Shown here one piece after another: positions 11,635 to 25,400 of a stretch of 64,000 nt of DNA. A program made the position numbers and the translations under genes. The DNA is from Phoronis australis. Lineage: Eukaryota; Animalia; Phoronida. Below the pieces are notes generated by a model. That model was not told the DNA's origin. It made no database searches and saw only the letters and a list, made by a program, of their open reading frames with translations. Position 1 is the stretch's first letter. Each line of letters begins with the position of its first letter. The stretch covers positions 17,629-81,628 of the forward strand of contig NMRA01000401.1 of the NCBI GenBank assembly GCA_002633005.1. The letters run 5' to 3'.

Positions 11635-14111
11635 AAGCATAATGCCTGCGTCGACAGTTCCTACAGCAATGGTCTGACCCTCCGTGGCGTAAAGACTGTG
11701 AAAGCATCAGGCTGAGAGTAGATTTGCTCAATTCTATGCCGGTCATATAAACTACAACTCCGTGATGCGTATGCTAGATTGTTAAGTGTTAGGAGTACGA
11801 TATGCGTCATACATGTTGAGTTTTGCTTGTTTCTCACTGGGAAAAATCAACGATAGTTACTCATGAAATACCATGCCAGAGATGGGTAAGACTCCTCTTC
11901 ATCTGAGTTAGTTGGCCCAGCTGGTAGTGTATGTCTTTGCTGACAAAAAAGTTGAATGGATGTCGACACATATAAGGCCAGTTACTCTACATTGACTAAC
12001 TGCTCATCTCAGTGAAATGCCAGTTGTCAGTATTCTTGGTTGGAACTTCAATTTGAAAACAGTCTTAAAGCCATGTTCTGTCCTTGACGAGACTAACTTT
12101 TGATTTAGATTATCTGTTGCAAAAAGAATTAGTCTCTGCTTCCTTTGCTCGGGACCATTCTTGGCGAATAAAATGACACGCCATGACAAGCCAACTTTTG
12201 AAGTGTAGTCTCTCAGAAATCCAGAAGTCACAACTGTTTTGACGAAGGAAAAATTTGAGCTCAGTAAACCAACCTGCTGTCAGAAAAATAAGATTTAAAT
12301 TTGTCATGTTAGAAACTGGTCCCAATAATTGTTGTTCAGATTAGAATTGGTTTCTAGGTTTGGGAAGAACTGATCATTGCCTGTATCAGGCAAAATAATT
12401 TGGCTTGACCCAGTGGGTCATACCAAGTGCTGTGCATGTTCTCTGGCGATAATACATGACACGCTACACCATTCAAACTTTCCTGCATTTGCTTGAGGTA
12501 CATGTATTAAGATCAGTATGATAAGCTGTGGTGTACACAAGTCAAATTGTGTTGCTTATGAGGCAGGTTACATCTGTTTGAGTTAATCAATTTTTGCTGT
12601 TCAAATAACGCAGCTAACTGTAATCCCAACTTGCAAGAAACGTTGAATTCCTTAGTTGCCGGTTGGGAAATGTAATGTAGCTTGTAATGGTCAGGTTATC
12701 CCAAGCCCAGAAATTAGCTATACGTACAAAGATTAATTGTGATCAATTAATGTCAAGTGGCCCAAATGCAAGGTTAGGCTTTAGTGCTGGTTATGGCGTT
12801 CATAACCTCCATGGTTTAAAGACTGTATGTAACACTTTATTCATGTATTTAATACTGTAGCTGTGTAGCTATTTAAGCCAATGCAGTTCCACACTTGAAA
12901 ATCATTGTTTTGTTGGAAATTTGCTTTTTTCAAGAGCGAGTTAGTATTCCTACACCTCATAAAACCCTGGGGCAATCTTAGTCGATTATTTCAACAGAAA
13001 ACTCACCTTAAACTTTGGCTTGACCCAATTCACCTTGAACTTTGGGTTGGCCTAATTAGCGCTGCATGGGACTTAAAATTAAAACTCCTCATTTAGCCAT
13101 TGCCTGATGAAAGTCACTTCACTCTTGTCAGCATTTGCCGTTAGTGTCTATACTTTAAAGTGCAATAGAAACAACACCATTGTGATCCTGTAGCATAGAC
13201 ACTCCGGGTTTGCTGCTCATTACTCATAAGGGTTTCCATTTGATGTGATCCTCAATTATCATTAGAATCATCTTATTGACTTTGTTTGTGTTTTTAGGGT
13301 TACTAGGACCGGGTGACACTAGCTATTACTGTATACTTTTTATGTTATAAATCCAGGCATTGATATGGCATTAGTAAGAATTATTGGTCGTCTTGCACCC
13401 TTATGTTGGTCACATTGGGTGACATATAGTTAAGTCTGAAAAGATTTGTGTCCCAGGCTTTGTACTAGGGGGCCATGCTGCAGTCCACTGAGCTGTCAGG
13501 TTACAGCGATCCAATCAGTCTTATGTTACCAACATGCGGGGTGTAAGATGACGAAAAATTTTTACTTATTATTAACTATTACTATTTTATGCTGACAATT
13601 ATAAATTGTTTTTAAGGTCATATCCAGTGACGAAACTAAAAGTGTTATACTTTAGTGAATCGTATTGGCTTATGTTTTCTTCATCCGCATTCTGTAGTAA
13701 AACCGTAAAATTCTTACCAATTGTACTCATGGTCTTTGTCATGATTTCTGTGTATGTAGTTAATGTAAATCGCATAATTTACGTTTTGTAATTAAGCCGG
13801 GAATTAAATTAGTGCATTTTTCTCCTCTCAGTGCTCGTGGGCCAGGATCTGACCATACAGTATCTTTGTCTGTAAGTGTTCATTTACATAAGCTTATTAT
13901 GATTCTATGTGTCCTTCTTGGTGGGAACATGGAACACTGGTCCAAGTCCAAACTGACGTCATCATTTTTTAAGAAGATTTCTTGCTTAGCAATTGTTAAG
14001 TTTCGAAGTTGATTTTAGATATTTAGCTGAATGGTGTTGAAGAGATTGTTAGGAATTGAATTGTCATGTCTATGTTTTTAAACTTGCATTTTCTTATTTA
14101 TTTTTGTTGAC

Positions 14112-14125
14112 AATAAACGAATAAA
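14112..14125 (+). terminator. Tandem AATAAA polyadenylation signals ending the MTHFR 3' UTR
   Basis: AATAAACGAATAAA after a T/GT-rich UTR-like region. Confidence 0.5.
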
Positions 14126-16263
14126 TGTTATTCATGACCTTTGGCTGCAAACAGAAGACATTTTCGGGAAATCACATGTGAACGAAGTCAGTCTCTCCCG
14201 TTTCACGCAACCGATGGACATTCGCCGGGATTGGCGTTTTTTAGTTAACCCAGAATCAACGAGGGTGAGACTTGAGACATGCAGTAAGCCCTTAACAAAA
14301 TTGTAACAACTATGGTAACTGGGGGAGGGGGTCGGAGTATCTGCGATCGGGCGCCCCTCACGATGCGGCGTGTGTTTATAGAGGTGGCGAACGTCACTTG
14401 GGATTTTCTAGGATTCCTGTTTTTTCCGGTCACCCATCGGTTAGTCTCAAGTTTGTCTCGATGAATTTTGAATGTGTAGCACGGCGCTTGTTTCCCATTG
14501 CATGAAAGAGAACATCCGCGTCCGACAGTTGTACACGTCAGTGTGGATTCATCTTCGATAAACTGGGGTGCGGGGGGGTTTACGTTGTGCGGCGTACTGG
14601 CAAACTCAACACTACGTTACGGCCGGGTATGCCGTACGCAGTGCTCTAACCCGTATGTCAATGCTACGACGAAAACGCTTGCCTCGAACATACCCAGGGA
14701 CTGCGGCGATCCTACGCACAGCAACATTTTTTTCATGAATATGCAACCACATTTCGCAACTGGAGGGCCATGCAGGGAGAGGGGGCCCGGGTGCAAGTAT
14801 CCCCCCTCAAAAAATTTGCAGGTGTCTGGATGGGGGAGGTCGAGAAAAGGAAATTCAGAGGAACGTATCTGACAGAACGAGAACAAAAATGTCCACAGTT
14901 GGATTTATCCATTGGGGTGTCCTGGTAAGAACGTTTTGTAAGAGGGGTTCATTTTTGCAGTATATCGTGCAATTACCCGAGTGAAAATGTGCTCTTTAGT
15001 ATCACACGTAATTTGAAAACTTCGGACAAAACTTGTTACCGCATGAGTGCCTGTAGATTTTCAAGAACATGAATTGATTGCCACCATGGAGTCCTCCATG
15101 ATGGCTCCCTCACTGGCAAGGGATAATACCGTTAGAGTCGTCTGTCGCTATGTTTTTTTTTTGAAACTTTGTATCACGATATAAATCAGGATGCTGGTGG
15201 ATAAGCGCCCTCAGTCATTTCCCGTTTTTGGAATTGTATATCAAAATATCCTTTCATATTTAGGGACCCCAAAATTTGGAGGGGGGCGGCTGAGGGCATC
15301 CACAGCCAATCCTTTCCTGTTCTTTATTTACACCTAGGAGGTCGCTCACTGAGGGGTCCAATGACCGATCGAGTGCCTCTCTCTTCCTGATTGTGTAAAC
15401 TCGTATGACCCTAGGGAAAGTAATAACCTCTCACAGAAAATATGAGTCACCCGATTCTGAAATTAACTGTCGATCTTTCTTATTCTTAAATAATAGCCTT
15501 TCATGTTAACTGGTTCCTTTCAGAGGGGGTCCTCTCAGGGAAAGACGGTCCGAGGCAACTGCCCCTTTGCCCCCTTCAAACCCAGCATTGTCCCGGCACT
15601 CTAGGTGAAACATAAAATTTCGAATAGGTCAAAAAATTTCTTACAGTTTAACAGGTCAAGTTCATGTGAACAAGCAACGAGCATAACTGTGTTCAAATCT
15701 GAAAGTGCCCCTTTCTTGTGAAATGTTCTTTTAACATGTGTAGGCTACCCAAGTTTCTGGCGTCTGGCTTGCAGGGGTGGCTGCCTCTAAAACAGAAATT
15801 CTGCACGTCTATAGCGAAGACCACGGGACGTCGATAGGGAGGAATTCTGAGACCAAGTTGAGCCAAAAGTTTGGCTAAGAGAAATTAGTTCCTCCGTCCC
15901 CTCCCACCGATATCGTCTACCTTCCTACGGGCGTCAACCGGTGGAGGAACTTCCTTCTCTCACGAACCGCACAAGTTTTCACTGAAACGCTCTTTTCTCT
16001 CTGGTCGTGAGAAAATTTCGGTTCGAAGAAAGCAATAGTGATTCTTGAGAAATGAAAATTCTTAGTGTTCGTAATAAAATATAGTCTATGAGAAAGGAAA
16101 TAACCGACTGCTGGTGAAAACGACTTGTCTACAGCATTGTTGTGCATGTGCGGTTCGGGAGAGAGATTGGCTGCATTGTAATAGGTAGTTACAACGCGAG
16201 AAGTTTGAAAGGCGTTTTATTTAACCTTGGTAATGACGAGAGCTGTTTACATTGTTACTGTTT

Positions 16264-16410
16264 CTAGGGAGGAACGCACGCTCTTACTCCGCCACCTACA
16301 TCAACGCACTGTTGGCTTTTTCCGCAGGAGTGTGGAACTTCGCTGATTGCTCCGCCACTACCACAAGTCTTCTCGAAGTCGCAATTCGCTGTCAACCAGC
16401 GGTCCCCAAG
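16264..16410 (-). CDS. TILa-like terminal exon
   Basis: LGDRWLTANC...C...HSCGKSQQC...RACVPP-stop. Confidence 0.88.
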   Translation of the reverse strand, partial: LGDRWLTANCDFEKTCGSGGAISEVPHSCGKSQQCVDVGGGVRACVPP

Positions 16411-19400
16411 CTGAAAAAACATGCCAAAATTGAATACTTTACTAGTACATATGAACGCGTGTGCGAATAAATCTTAGTAACGTTATGAGTCGCTGTCCAA
16501 GAGTTAACTGTGACTGCAAATTAAGTTCGTTACTATTATAGACACTGTGCGTCTACCTATTAAGCTCGGTTGGTTCCCTGCGTGCTGCTAGGTGGTCGGT
16601 AGCCAGCTCGCAGGTATCACTTAATTTTTCTCGGAAATTTTTTTACACCGGCGTTTCTGATTGGCTGGTCAAATTCCGGTTACCGGTACCCCGTCGGTAG
16701 CGCCGCTACGCAAACAAACTGGTATGACTGATGGGTGTAAAATGTGGTCTGTTGTACAGACAAATCGGTGCTTAAAATTTATGTTCAGGAAATCTGAGTC
16801 CCAGAAATTGTGGTTGCGCCTTTTCGGAGTGCATCTTTCTACTGTCGATGACTTTTGTTTACGATAAGTATTCAGTGGCGGATTTAGAGGGGGGCAAGGG
16901 GGCCATGGCCCCCCTCTAAAATTCTCCCAGATTCCATTTGGCAGTAAGAGAGTGCGAATGTCTGACTGGCAAAATCCTGGATAATACTCTACCCTGACCC
17001 CCCTAACTCAAAATCCTGAATCCGCCCCTAGTATTCATACGGTATGAATAACAATGCACCGGTTAAATCGACCAAATATGTGTTTATTGTACACGTACGT
17101 GCATCAAGCACGCGGCTATTAAACATTACTGCAGAAACGAAATAGTTGCTGCTACGCCACTTGCATGAGCGCTAAAAATCGTTCATAGTCCGCCATTTTT
17201 TCACGTTGTTGTAAAGCTAACCAAGACTACCGAGATAATAATACTAAAAACTTGACACATCTTTATAGGGACTAAATGAGCTGAACAATTGTTTCTGCTA
17301 TTAAATTCTCCCCTGCAATGTTGTTTTATTTCAATTATCAATGCTAAAGCGCGTGCTACTGAGTGTGATACATGCGTGCTGCCTAAGGCACGTAGGGAAC
17401 CAGCGAGCCTAAAGTCCGAGTGCGCATGCGTGATCTACTAGTGCGCCTATAATAAAGAAGAAGAGCTTCTTTCGTGGATTATTTTGTCCAATTGTTTCCT
17501 TCATCGCTGTATGACGCTGCCAAGCTTGAGGTACATGTATAAGCGTCACCAGTCTTTCAGTGCAAGTGGAATACAGTCTTCCTGGCGGATGTCTTCAGAT
17601 GGATTTCAATTCTCCGTGTTTTTCAACTTTTTGCATTAATCACAAGTGCGTCACTATTGGTTGCAACGGATAGTTCACTGTTAGAGTTCTCCTTGGTTTT
17701 TAATTTCTCAAATATTTCGTATAATGGAGTGCGCGCCCGACATCTTCACATACAGACGCATGGGTTTGAGTGGGTACAAACACGGACATTTAGTGTTTGT
17801 GTTCCACAACCTGTCCATGAGCGCACTCAGCCTTTGATATGGGGGGAGGGCTGAATTTCCGAAGACGTGTGGACCTTTTACTAACAAAAATAGGGAGGAC
17901 GAAAAAAACGGGGCACCACGTTAGGAGAATTGTGCATTTATGCCTTTTTAGTGGACTTTTGTCTCGTTTTCTCGGACTTTATGTTTCTCTGGCGGACCTT
18001 TTCGCCCAGTTTGCCAAATGGGGGGCTCGTTAAAGCTGCACGCTTTGCCTGAATAGCTGCATGACTCTCACTCGGCAATTCCTGACGCAAACCAGTATGA
18101 AGTTTGTCTCACTTTCGCGCCGAAGATATCTTTGGCGGAAGTTTAGGTGGCACTACGGATATAATTCCATCTTGCTTCAACGTTGGCTGTTAGGCAGTTT
18201 TCTCAGCATATCATCGATGGTTTGGGCGAAGCGCGCACAGAAATCTAGTATGTTTGTCTTAGCTGTGTTGATGCGTGGGCGTCCTTTTTGCCTAGAGCGG
18301 TGGATTCGTTTAGGCTGAAGGAGCACCTTAATTGGTGCTCACTACGTGAGTGATCAGTGTCGCAGTCGGCACTATGGTTTCTGCAAGTTATGTTAACACA
18401 GCTGAGAACTGGTCATCGAGTGGTAAAGAGATCCAGTTGATGCCAGTTACGAGATCTTGGATGTGGCCAACTGTGTTGAGAATTGGTGGAAAAGAACGTA
18501 GTAGTCGCAGTAATTGCAAAGCTAATAACCCTAGAGCAGTTGCTCTGAGGCAGGAATTCCTCTGACGGTAGAGTACAACTCGTAGAACTCAGTCGTCTTT
18601 AGACTCGGACGACGAGCAGAGAGTTGGCGCATGGATGCACAAGATGGGTCAGATGATGTTGGAAGCCGGGGTGATATCATTTGGGTGGTTCCCTTTGAAG
18701 GTGATTCAACTGATGCCATGAGAAAATTTTTAATAGCGAATTTTTAAAAGGGTGACTGGTTCTTGCCAAAGACAACGTGTAGTCTTTTTCTCTTAAGCTG
18801 CCATCTGAAGGGAGTCTGGTTTCCTGTAGTGCATTGATGTCAGAGTTGATCATCTTTTAAGACAGCTCTCATGATGAAAGCTGTCTTTCCTGAAGTCGTC
18901 AATCAGCTGTGGGTCGTTTGTGAGACCAGGACACACAGTCCTGACATTCCAACTTGCTGGTGGCAACACAGAAGTCTTTAATCGTTTTTATGGTGCAGTA
19001 GTTACAGTCTGCTTGTCTGTAGTGCCCTGAGCTCCAAGCACCTTTTGAAGCAGGCAGGCTAGCGGTTCAGCATCTTCTTGGCGGGTGGCTGCCCGGCTTA
19101 AGGCGGGCGACTGCTGACGAGTGGAACTACAGTAATCCCTCCCACCAAGGAGACAACCCGTAACGCAATGACCTACGCCAATTGGTCTTGGCTTATTACT
19201 CGTATCTGCTGTCTCCCGAGTTGTTTTTGCCGCCTCGCTTTTCTCTGTACTTTCGTTCATTACATTCATTTAAAAAGCATGATTGTGCAATTATATTAGG
19301 TACGTCCGAAGGGCACGCATAACCTAGTATCCTCTTTCACAGACGACATGTGGCGGGACCAGATATTGAGAAAATGCAGAATCTGGTAAATTCTTTAATA

Positions 19401-22400
19401 TTGTATAAAATCATTTTAAAGAAAAACATTAGACATTATGTTTCAGCGTAATAGGAGTGGCCATTTATGATGCGGGTAGACAAATGGCGCGAAAGGCCTT
19501 CTGATATCAACTTGTTTAAAACTACAATGGGGGGCATTGGAAAGTGAAAACCGAGAGAGAGGGGGGAAATAGGAATAGCTAGGGGTAGCTCAGTGAAGAC
19601 TGTTTTCTGAGGTAAAAATAGAATTACCTTATGATATGTGTTACCACTGTCAACACACCCACACTGGTCTTTGTGAATACAATCGTCCCCCTCCCGAATA
19701 TAGTCTGCTTTACACTGGCACCCCTCTTGATCTTCGACTGGACATGAAGTCGGGGGTTTGGGCTCGGCACAAGTAGCTGGGCAGCTGGTCATCTTTTCAA
19801 GGTATTTAGCGTTAGCTCCACACTTCAGCGCTGAAAAACAAATGCATCAGGATCTGCATCAATTTATACGTAGGTTGATTTTTTTATTTTTGGGGTCACA
19901 AGGGTCAAAGCTCCTTCAGCCTTCCGGACACGATCAAAACAAAACAACTCGTCGGCATGCTCTCTTTCGACATCCCAGATTGGACAGTAAATTAAGCTTG
20001 TAAATGGCGATAACCTAACTTCGTTGTGGTAAGAAAACTTTTGATTTTGACGACTTGTCGTCATGAAAATGCTCTCGAATTTATACTTAGTCAAAGTGGA
20101 GGTGATGACGGGGCTTTGCAAGAACTGGCAAATAGCTATTGCTTGATACCAGTCTCTGCAAGTTGGCTTGTCACAGCGTGTAGGCCAAACATGGCCTTAA
20201 AGATGCTTTTCCTATACGATAACTAACTTACAACACAGGATGAGTTCCGTCAGTCAAAATTTATCATTCAATAAAAAATAAATATTTAGTAACCTTTAGC
20301 CCTGTTTGTTTTTGTCTAATTTCTACACTATTATTTTTCCGCGGAAACTTCCTCACATTAAATGGCCGCATTCGAGTAAGTACCCACAATGCATGAGTCA
20401 ATTGTCACTCACTAATGCGGCCATTTTAAAAAATAACTAAGAACTTTATATTAAGTTCTGCTACATGTAAATTTGAAAATATTTGGAGTTGTGGAGCATT
20501 ATTTGGGATTAAGTTTTGACTAAACTAACTTGTGTTAAAACCCGCTTTATGAAGTTTTCAACTAAAATGAAGTGGAAAGAAATAACGAAATGTCATGATC
20601 GGTTCTTTCTAAACCCAGATTTCACTTTTAATATGACTAAAGAGAAAGTTGTGATCAATTATACAGCGGTAAGTGATCTAAACAAAAATCAGTTCTCGCA
20701 CGGAGGGCGGGTTATAGCCACTTGAACAGATTCATTATTTTTCGAGTAATTATGTTTTGTTTCTTCTTTTAATTTTCAAGAAATATTCTATAAGCAGTGG
20801 CTGCATTTTTTATAATTTACATGTTTTAAATTTCGGATAAAAAAGACTTCTTCGCTCTAATAAAAGGTCGCAAAATGATAATTAACATATGTCATAAGTT
20901 GAACAGTCTGTACACGGTCACAATGCTCGTCATCAAACCACATACGATCCCTAGTAGTAGCAGCTGCTACGTTGATGCAAACCATATTATGTGCTAATGT
21001 AATATGGGATGGAACAGAGAGTCTCACTCTGATCGGGGGCCCGTTGCAAAAAACTGACTTAGCAAAGACAAATCTTAAAATCTCAGTCAATTTTAAGATA
21101 AAACATGAATTTGTCTGAAGTCCGTTTCAAGAAAGAGAACAGTAAGTTTGACTTAAGTTTTCAACTTAAGTTTTGTCTTAATTTTGACTAACTTACCGGA
21201 TGTGGGAGTTTCAAAGTTAGGAAGTAGCCCAGATACTATGCCTCTTGGCGCTTTCTGGCTCTGTATATACATTGTACTGACTATTTCATAATAAGCATTC
21301 AAAAAAGTTGAGACAAATCTTCTATTTATGTCAAAAATGAACTTAAGTCAGTTTCTTAATTTGGAATGGGCCCCTGGTCTGCATCTCACTGGGGATCTAC
21401 ATCGCATGCACCGACAAACGCTTATGAAAGCTCTATCAAGGCTATGCCGCCGCTTTTTGAATTTTGGTTATGTTGGAGGGAGTCCCTACCCCTTAAATGC
21501 TCTTATGCATCGCTGTCCACGTAAAACATTTTGGAAACGGGTAAGCGCTTCTACGGAACCCGAGTCAAAAATCTCTGACCAACTCCTTGTATACCAGTCT
21601 AAAAGATCGTTTTCCTCAGATGAGATGTTTTGTGAACAAACTAAAGCCACATAGCAAAGCGTGCATTCTTGCTTCTTACTTGACACAAGCTAACTTGAAA
21701 TCAGTCCCTGTAACATTATACGTTTGTAGGAAGCGCACTAACTTTACAATAACTGAAAAATATTCTTCCCACAGTGACAGTCTGTAATTAATAGTGAAGC
21801 CCACTGGACACCCTAAAGCACAAAACTTTTGTTAAGCAAATTCTACTAGGTATTTTGCCCCTGGTGGGCTGGCCTCGCGCATTTGGAATGTGGGATGTAA
21901 ATCGAGACGGAACAGTGTTCACTACTTACGACAGTCCAGTTCTTCCCTCCAACGAATGTGTGTTATCTTATATCCTTTCAAACGGCAAATGTTGGCGAAA
22001 CTGTCCAGTTCGGCGCACTTGTTCGTGCCCTCGCACACGTCGTACACGCAGTCATCGAACAGATCATCGACCATACTCTTATCAATGCCACGGACACACT
22101 GACCGAATACACCTAGCAAGGGAAATGTGAACGTGGTGAAAGCAGTCAAATTCCGGTCAGGTGCAGTGGACAAGAAATTGATTAGACTGTGTTCTTTTAA
22201 AGAAGTGATTCTTTTACGGTAATCTGTCCACAGAACGTATCGTTTTGGCTAGCTAATCTTCGTGTCACGTGATCATCTGGAACCTGTTTAGATGTAAGAC
22301 ATCTTACTTTTAAATGAAACACCACTGCTCGGAATAACATCTTTATTTTGATTTCATTTCAGTTACTGTAGAAATTGCCGTCGGAGTCAAGATGATGATA

Positions 22401-25400
22401 CATTGCCGAAATATTGAAATACCCTCAATGACTTAAACGCGTGTGGGTCTACATCGGCCTATTCGGACACTTTTTCCACAAGGCCTGGGACGTTCCACCC
22501 AGCAAGACACTCGCGAGTGACAGCTGGTGTGATCACGTGCTTTGTTTGTCATCATGCTCATACCTCACCAAGATTTGCGTGACCTTGGTTTCCTTGCAAA
22601 GAGACTTGCTGTACGGAACACAGTCTTGTCTGTCTCTAAAAGGGACATTCGTTTTTCCGGCAAAAAGCGCAATTTTGGGATTACTGTTGAATAGAATAGA
22701 CTTATTAGGCTTGACCAGACCTACTCCGTTGTTTTTGTGATTCTGTTACAAATCTCCAATTTTCACCGTTGTCTGCCAAACATTCGCTGAAATCAAGGTC
22801 GGTAATTTTTCCATTTTGATACCATTAAAATGCTCTGCCGTCATTGCGTGGGATTTTGCTCAGCCAGCAGAACGTTTGGTTTCAATGTAAAAGTTTCAGA
22901 GTCGAATACGCGCTGGGCTGCTGTCACTTTAAAAGTGCAACGTACCGTTTCTGTCCTTCAGAGGAGCGCAGAGACCGCGGGCCTTGTGATGAGCCATAGA
23001 TGAACAGTTCATAGGCGTCAAGCCTGGAGATACGCATCTGAGAAAAGAATAATATGTGAGTACAAACACGTAAAACCCGGGGAGGGGACTCTCTCCAAAA
23101 ATGAGACCTCAAAATCCAGACAAACGCAATACCTTGGCAGACGACAAAATACCCACCCGAGAAAATACCCGAGAGGGCCACAATAACCACCGAGTTGTCG
23201 GCACATCCCTACTCGCCCCTTCTATATGGGATAAAAACACTTTTGTTACTTTTCTTCAGTTCAGTTCAATTTTTCCTCGTTTCTGATCATGCTGATTTTT
23301 TCGTCGAATTATTTGCTATTTGTTATAATCGACATCTTGTTTTAACAACACACTCGCTAGACGGCGCACCATAGGGGGCTGGGGAGCTATAGCTTACTAT
23401 TTCAGTACTGCACCTCCCATGGTCAGATAAGCGGCGCACCATAGGGGGCTGGGGGAATATAGCCCCCCACTTATTTCAGTGCAGCGCCGCACATGAGGTT
23501 TGTAGTAATGGAGCAACACCAACGGCTTATTTTGAGAACGCGAGCACTAGTTGTACTCGTTCATACAATTGTAATGGAATTGTTGAACGAATCATGCGTC
23601 GCTGATAGAATCTGTCCACGCTTGGTACAAGGGCGGATTTTACAGTAACCTTGAGTATTTTTTGAGCAAACATTACACTAGTACGTACTGAAATGCGCGA
23701 GTGCCTTGCAGTCGTCCAGTGCCGGACAAAGCACACGCGAATCTGCCGGAAGTCTTCACACTGCGGATGTTTTCTACTACAGGATTACTGTCATTAAAAC
23801 TAAATTCGAGCTTCAACTTGAAACCTTAAGTTTGTATTCACATTTATAACAATCTAGGGGTCATTTAGTGCGAACTTGGACAAGACATTCATCTGCCATA
23901 ATATACTGGAGCACAGAATAACAGACACCTTTCTTGAGTTCGTATTAATGTAGAAAGGAAAATGTCGAAAATAGTTTTGGGTATGAGTCCAGAAATTAGA
24001 CCCTGGGACCCAAACTTAGCGACTTTCGCCAGATTCTGCACGTGCACTGTACAGCGACGATTGCATTGCGCGAGTGCAATGCCTTCGTATGAACGATTGC
24101 AGCGCAGAGTTCGCAAAAGAACAATATACCCATGTCCACTTGTGATACGTGCACACCACATTCGTTACTTTCCGTGTGTTTCGGTATTGATGTATAAACA
24201 ACAAGTCTTTTAATGCAAAAAATACGTATGAAAACGTCATATGAAAATCACAATTTTCCACACTACTAAAAAGCGTAACCGTCACATCAAAAAACTAGTT
24301 AACAATGTTTGATTCATATTTTCTACAACTCAGTTGTTTGGCACTGAAGATATTAAGTCAAAGGGTGTGAAAACCTCAACACCATCAACTCACTGTTCGT
24401 GTGTATGCCCTATTTTAGGCACCAACCAGGACTCGACTACTTCCTTGAAGACAAGATTTCGATTTCGTTTCGTTCGTGGTCTGGGGATCTCCAACTGGGT
24501 ACCATTTCTCAAAATGGCGTCGTCCTGCAGCACAAACGGGTGGTTTTTAAACATGAAGTATAAGATAAACGGAAACAATTTGAATGAAATATATGACAGC
24601 AGGTGAAGAAAACACCGTTTCCAATAAATGAGACGAAATACTTTAACGCAGGGGCGGATCCAGGATTTTAAGTAAGGGGGGACAGAGTATTAGCCAAGAT
24701 TTTACCCGCCTGACATTCGCAACCCCGAACAGCCAAATGGAATAAGGGAAAATTTTACGGGGGAGGGCATGGGCCCTTTGGCCCCCTTTAATCCGCCACT
24801 GCTTATGCTGTTCTATTCCCAGTGCTGATAAATATTTTGCCTTAATTAGCTGTACAACTAATTCATATTAGGTACCGAAGTGTCTGTTTGAAAAGATACA
24901 TCAAGTGATCAACTGAATTACTGGAACTGTTTCCTTGTGAACTAGTTGCTTTACTTACCCATTTTTTCCTGTTGTAATTTCCACAAAGGCCACACACTTT
25001 TCTGCGATAGGTTCTGGGAACAGTAATGTAGACGTTGCTGCCCTTGTATTGGACACGCAGTCCGAAGTCCGTGTACATGGTGGGTTTCGTCCCAACCATC
25101 ACTATGTCAATGAACTCACCGGAATGCAGAGTTTTGATATAGGGCAGGACGACTAGTTTGCCATTGACCTGAAAGTAAAAGTTAAAAGTTAGGTGTAGGG
25201 AGCTTATCTTTTCAGAAGACTATCTTCATGGGTGATGGAAAGCAGCCGAGTCCTCGGTCCAACGCGACTAGATTAAAGTACTACGAATGTGCTAGAGAAT
25301 ACACGCATCCGTTCCATAGACTCAATACACTCGCGAAAACGCAAGAGCCCGCAAGTCTTCTAGAGATATTGCCATGCATTTCAAGCAAAGCCCGTGATTA

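Noticed and set aside
11632-11716. Short open frame after the MTHFR TGA (readthrough or selenocysteine)
   Set aside because: TGA-AAG is not a leaky context, I recognised no SECIS, and the length is within chance.
23680-23770. GC-richer stretch that looked like an extra exon of the VWD gene
   Set aside because: The flanking exons already join in phase, and no frame gives a domain-like peptide.
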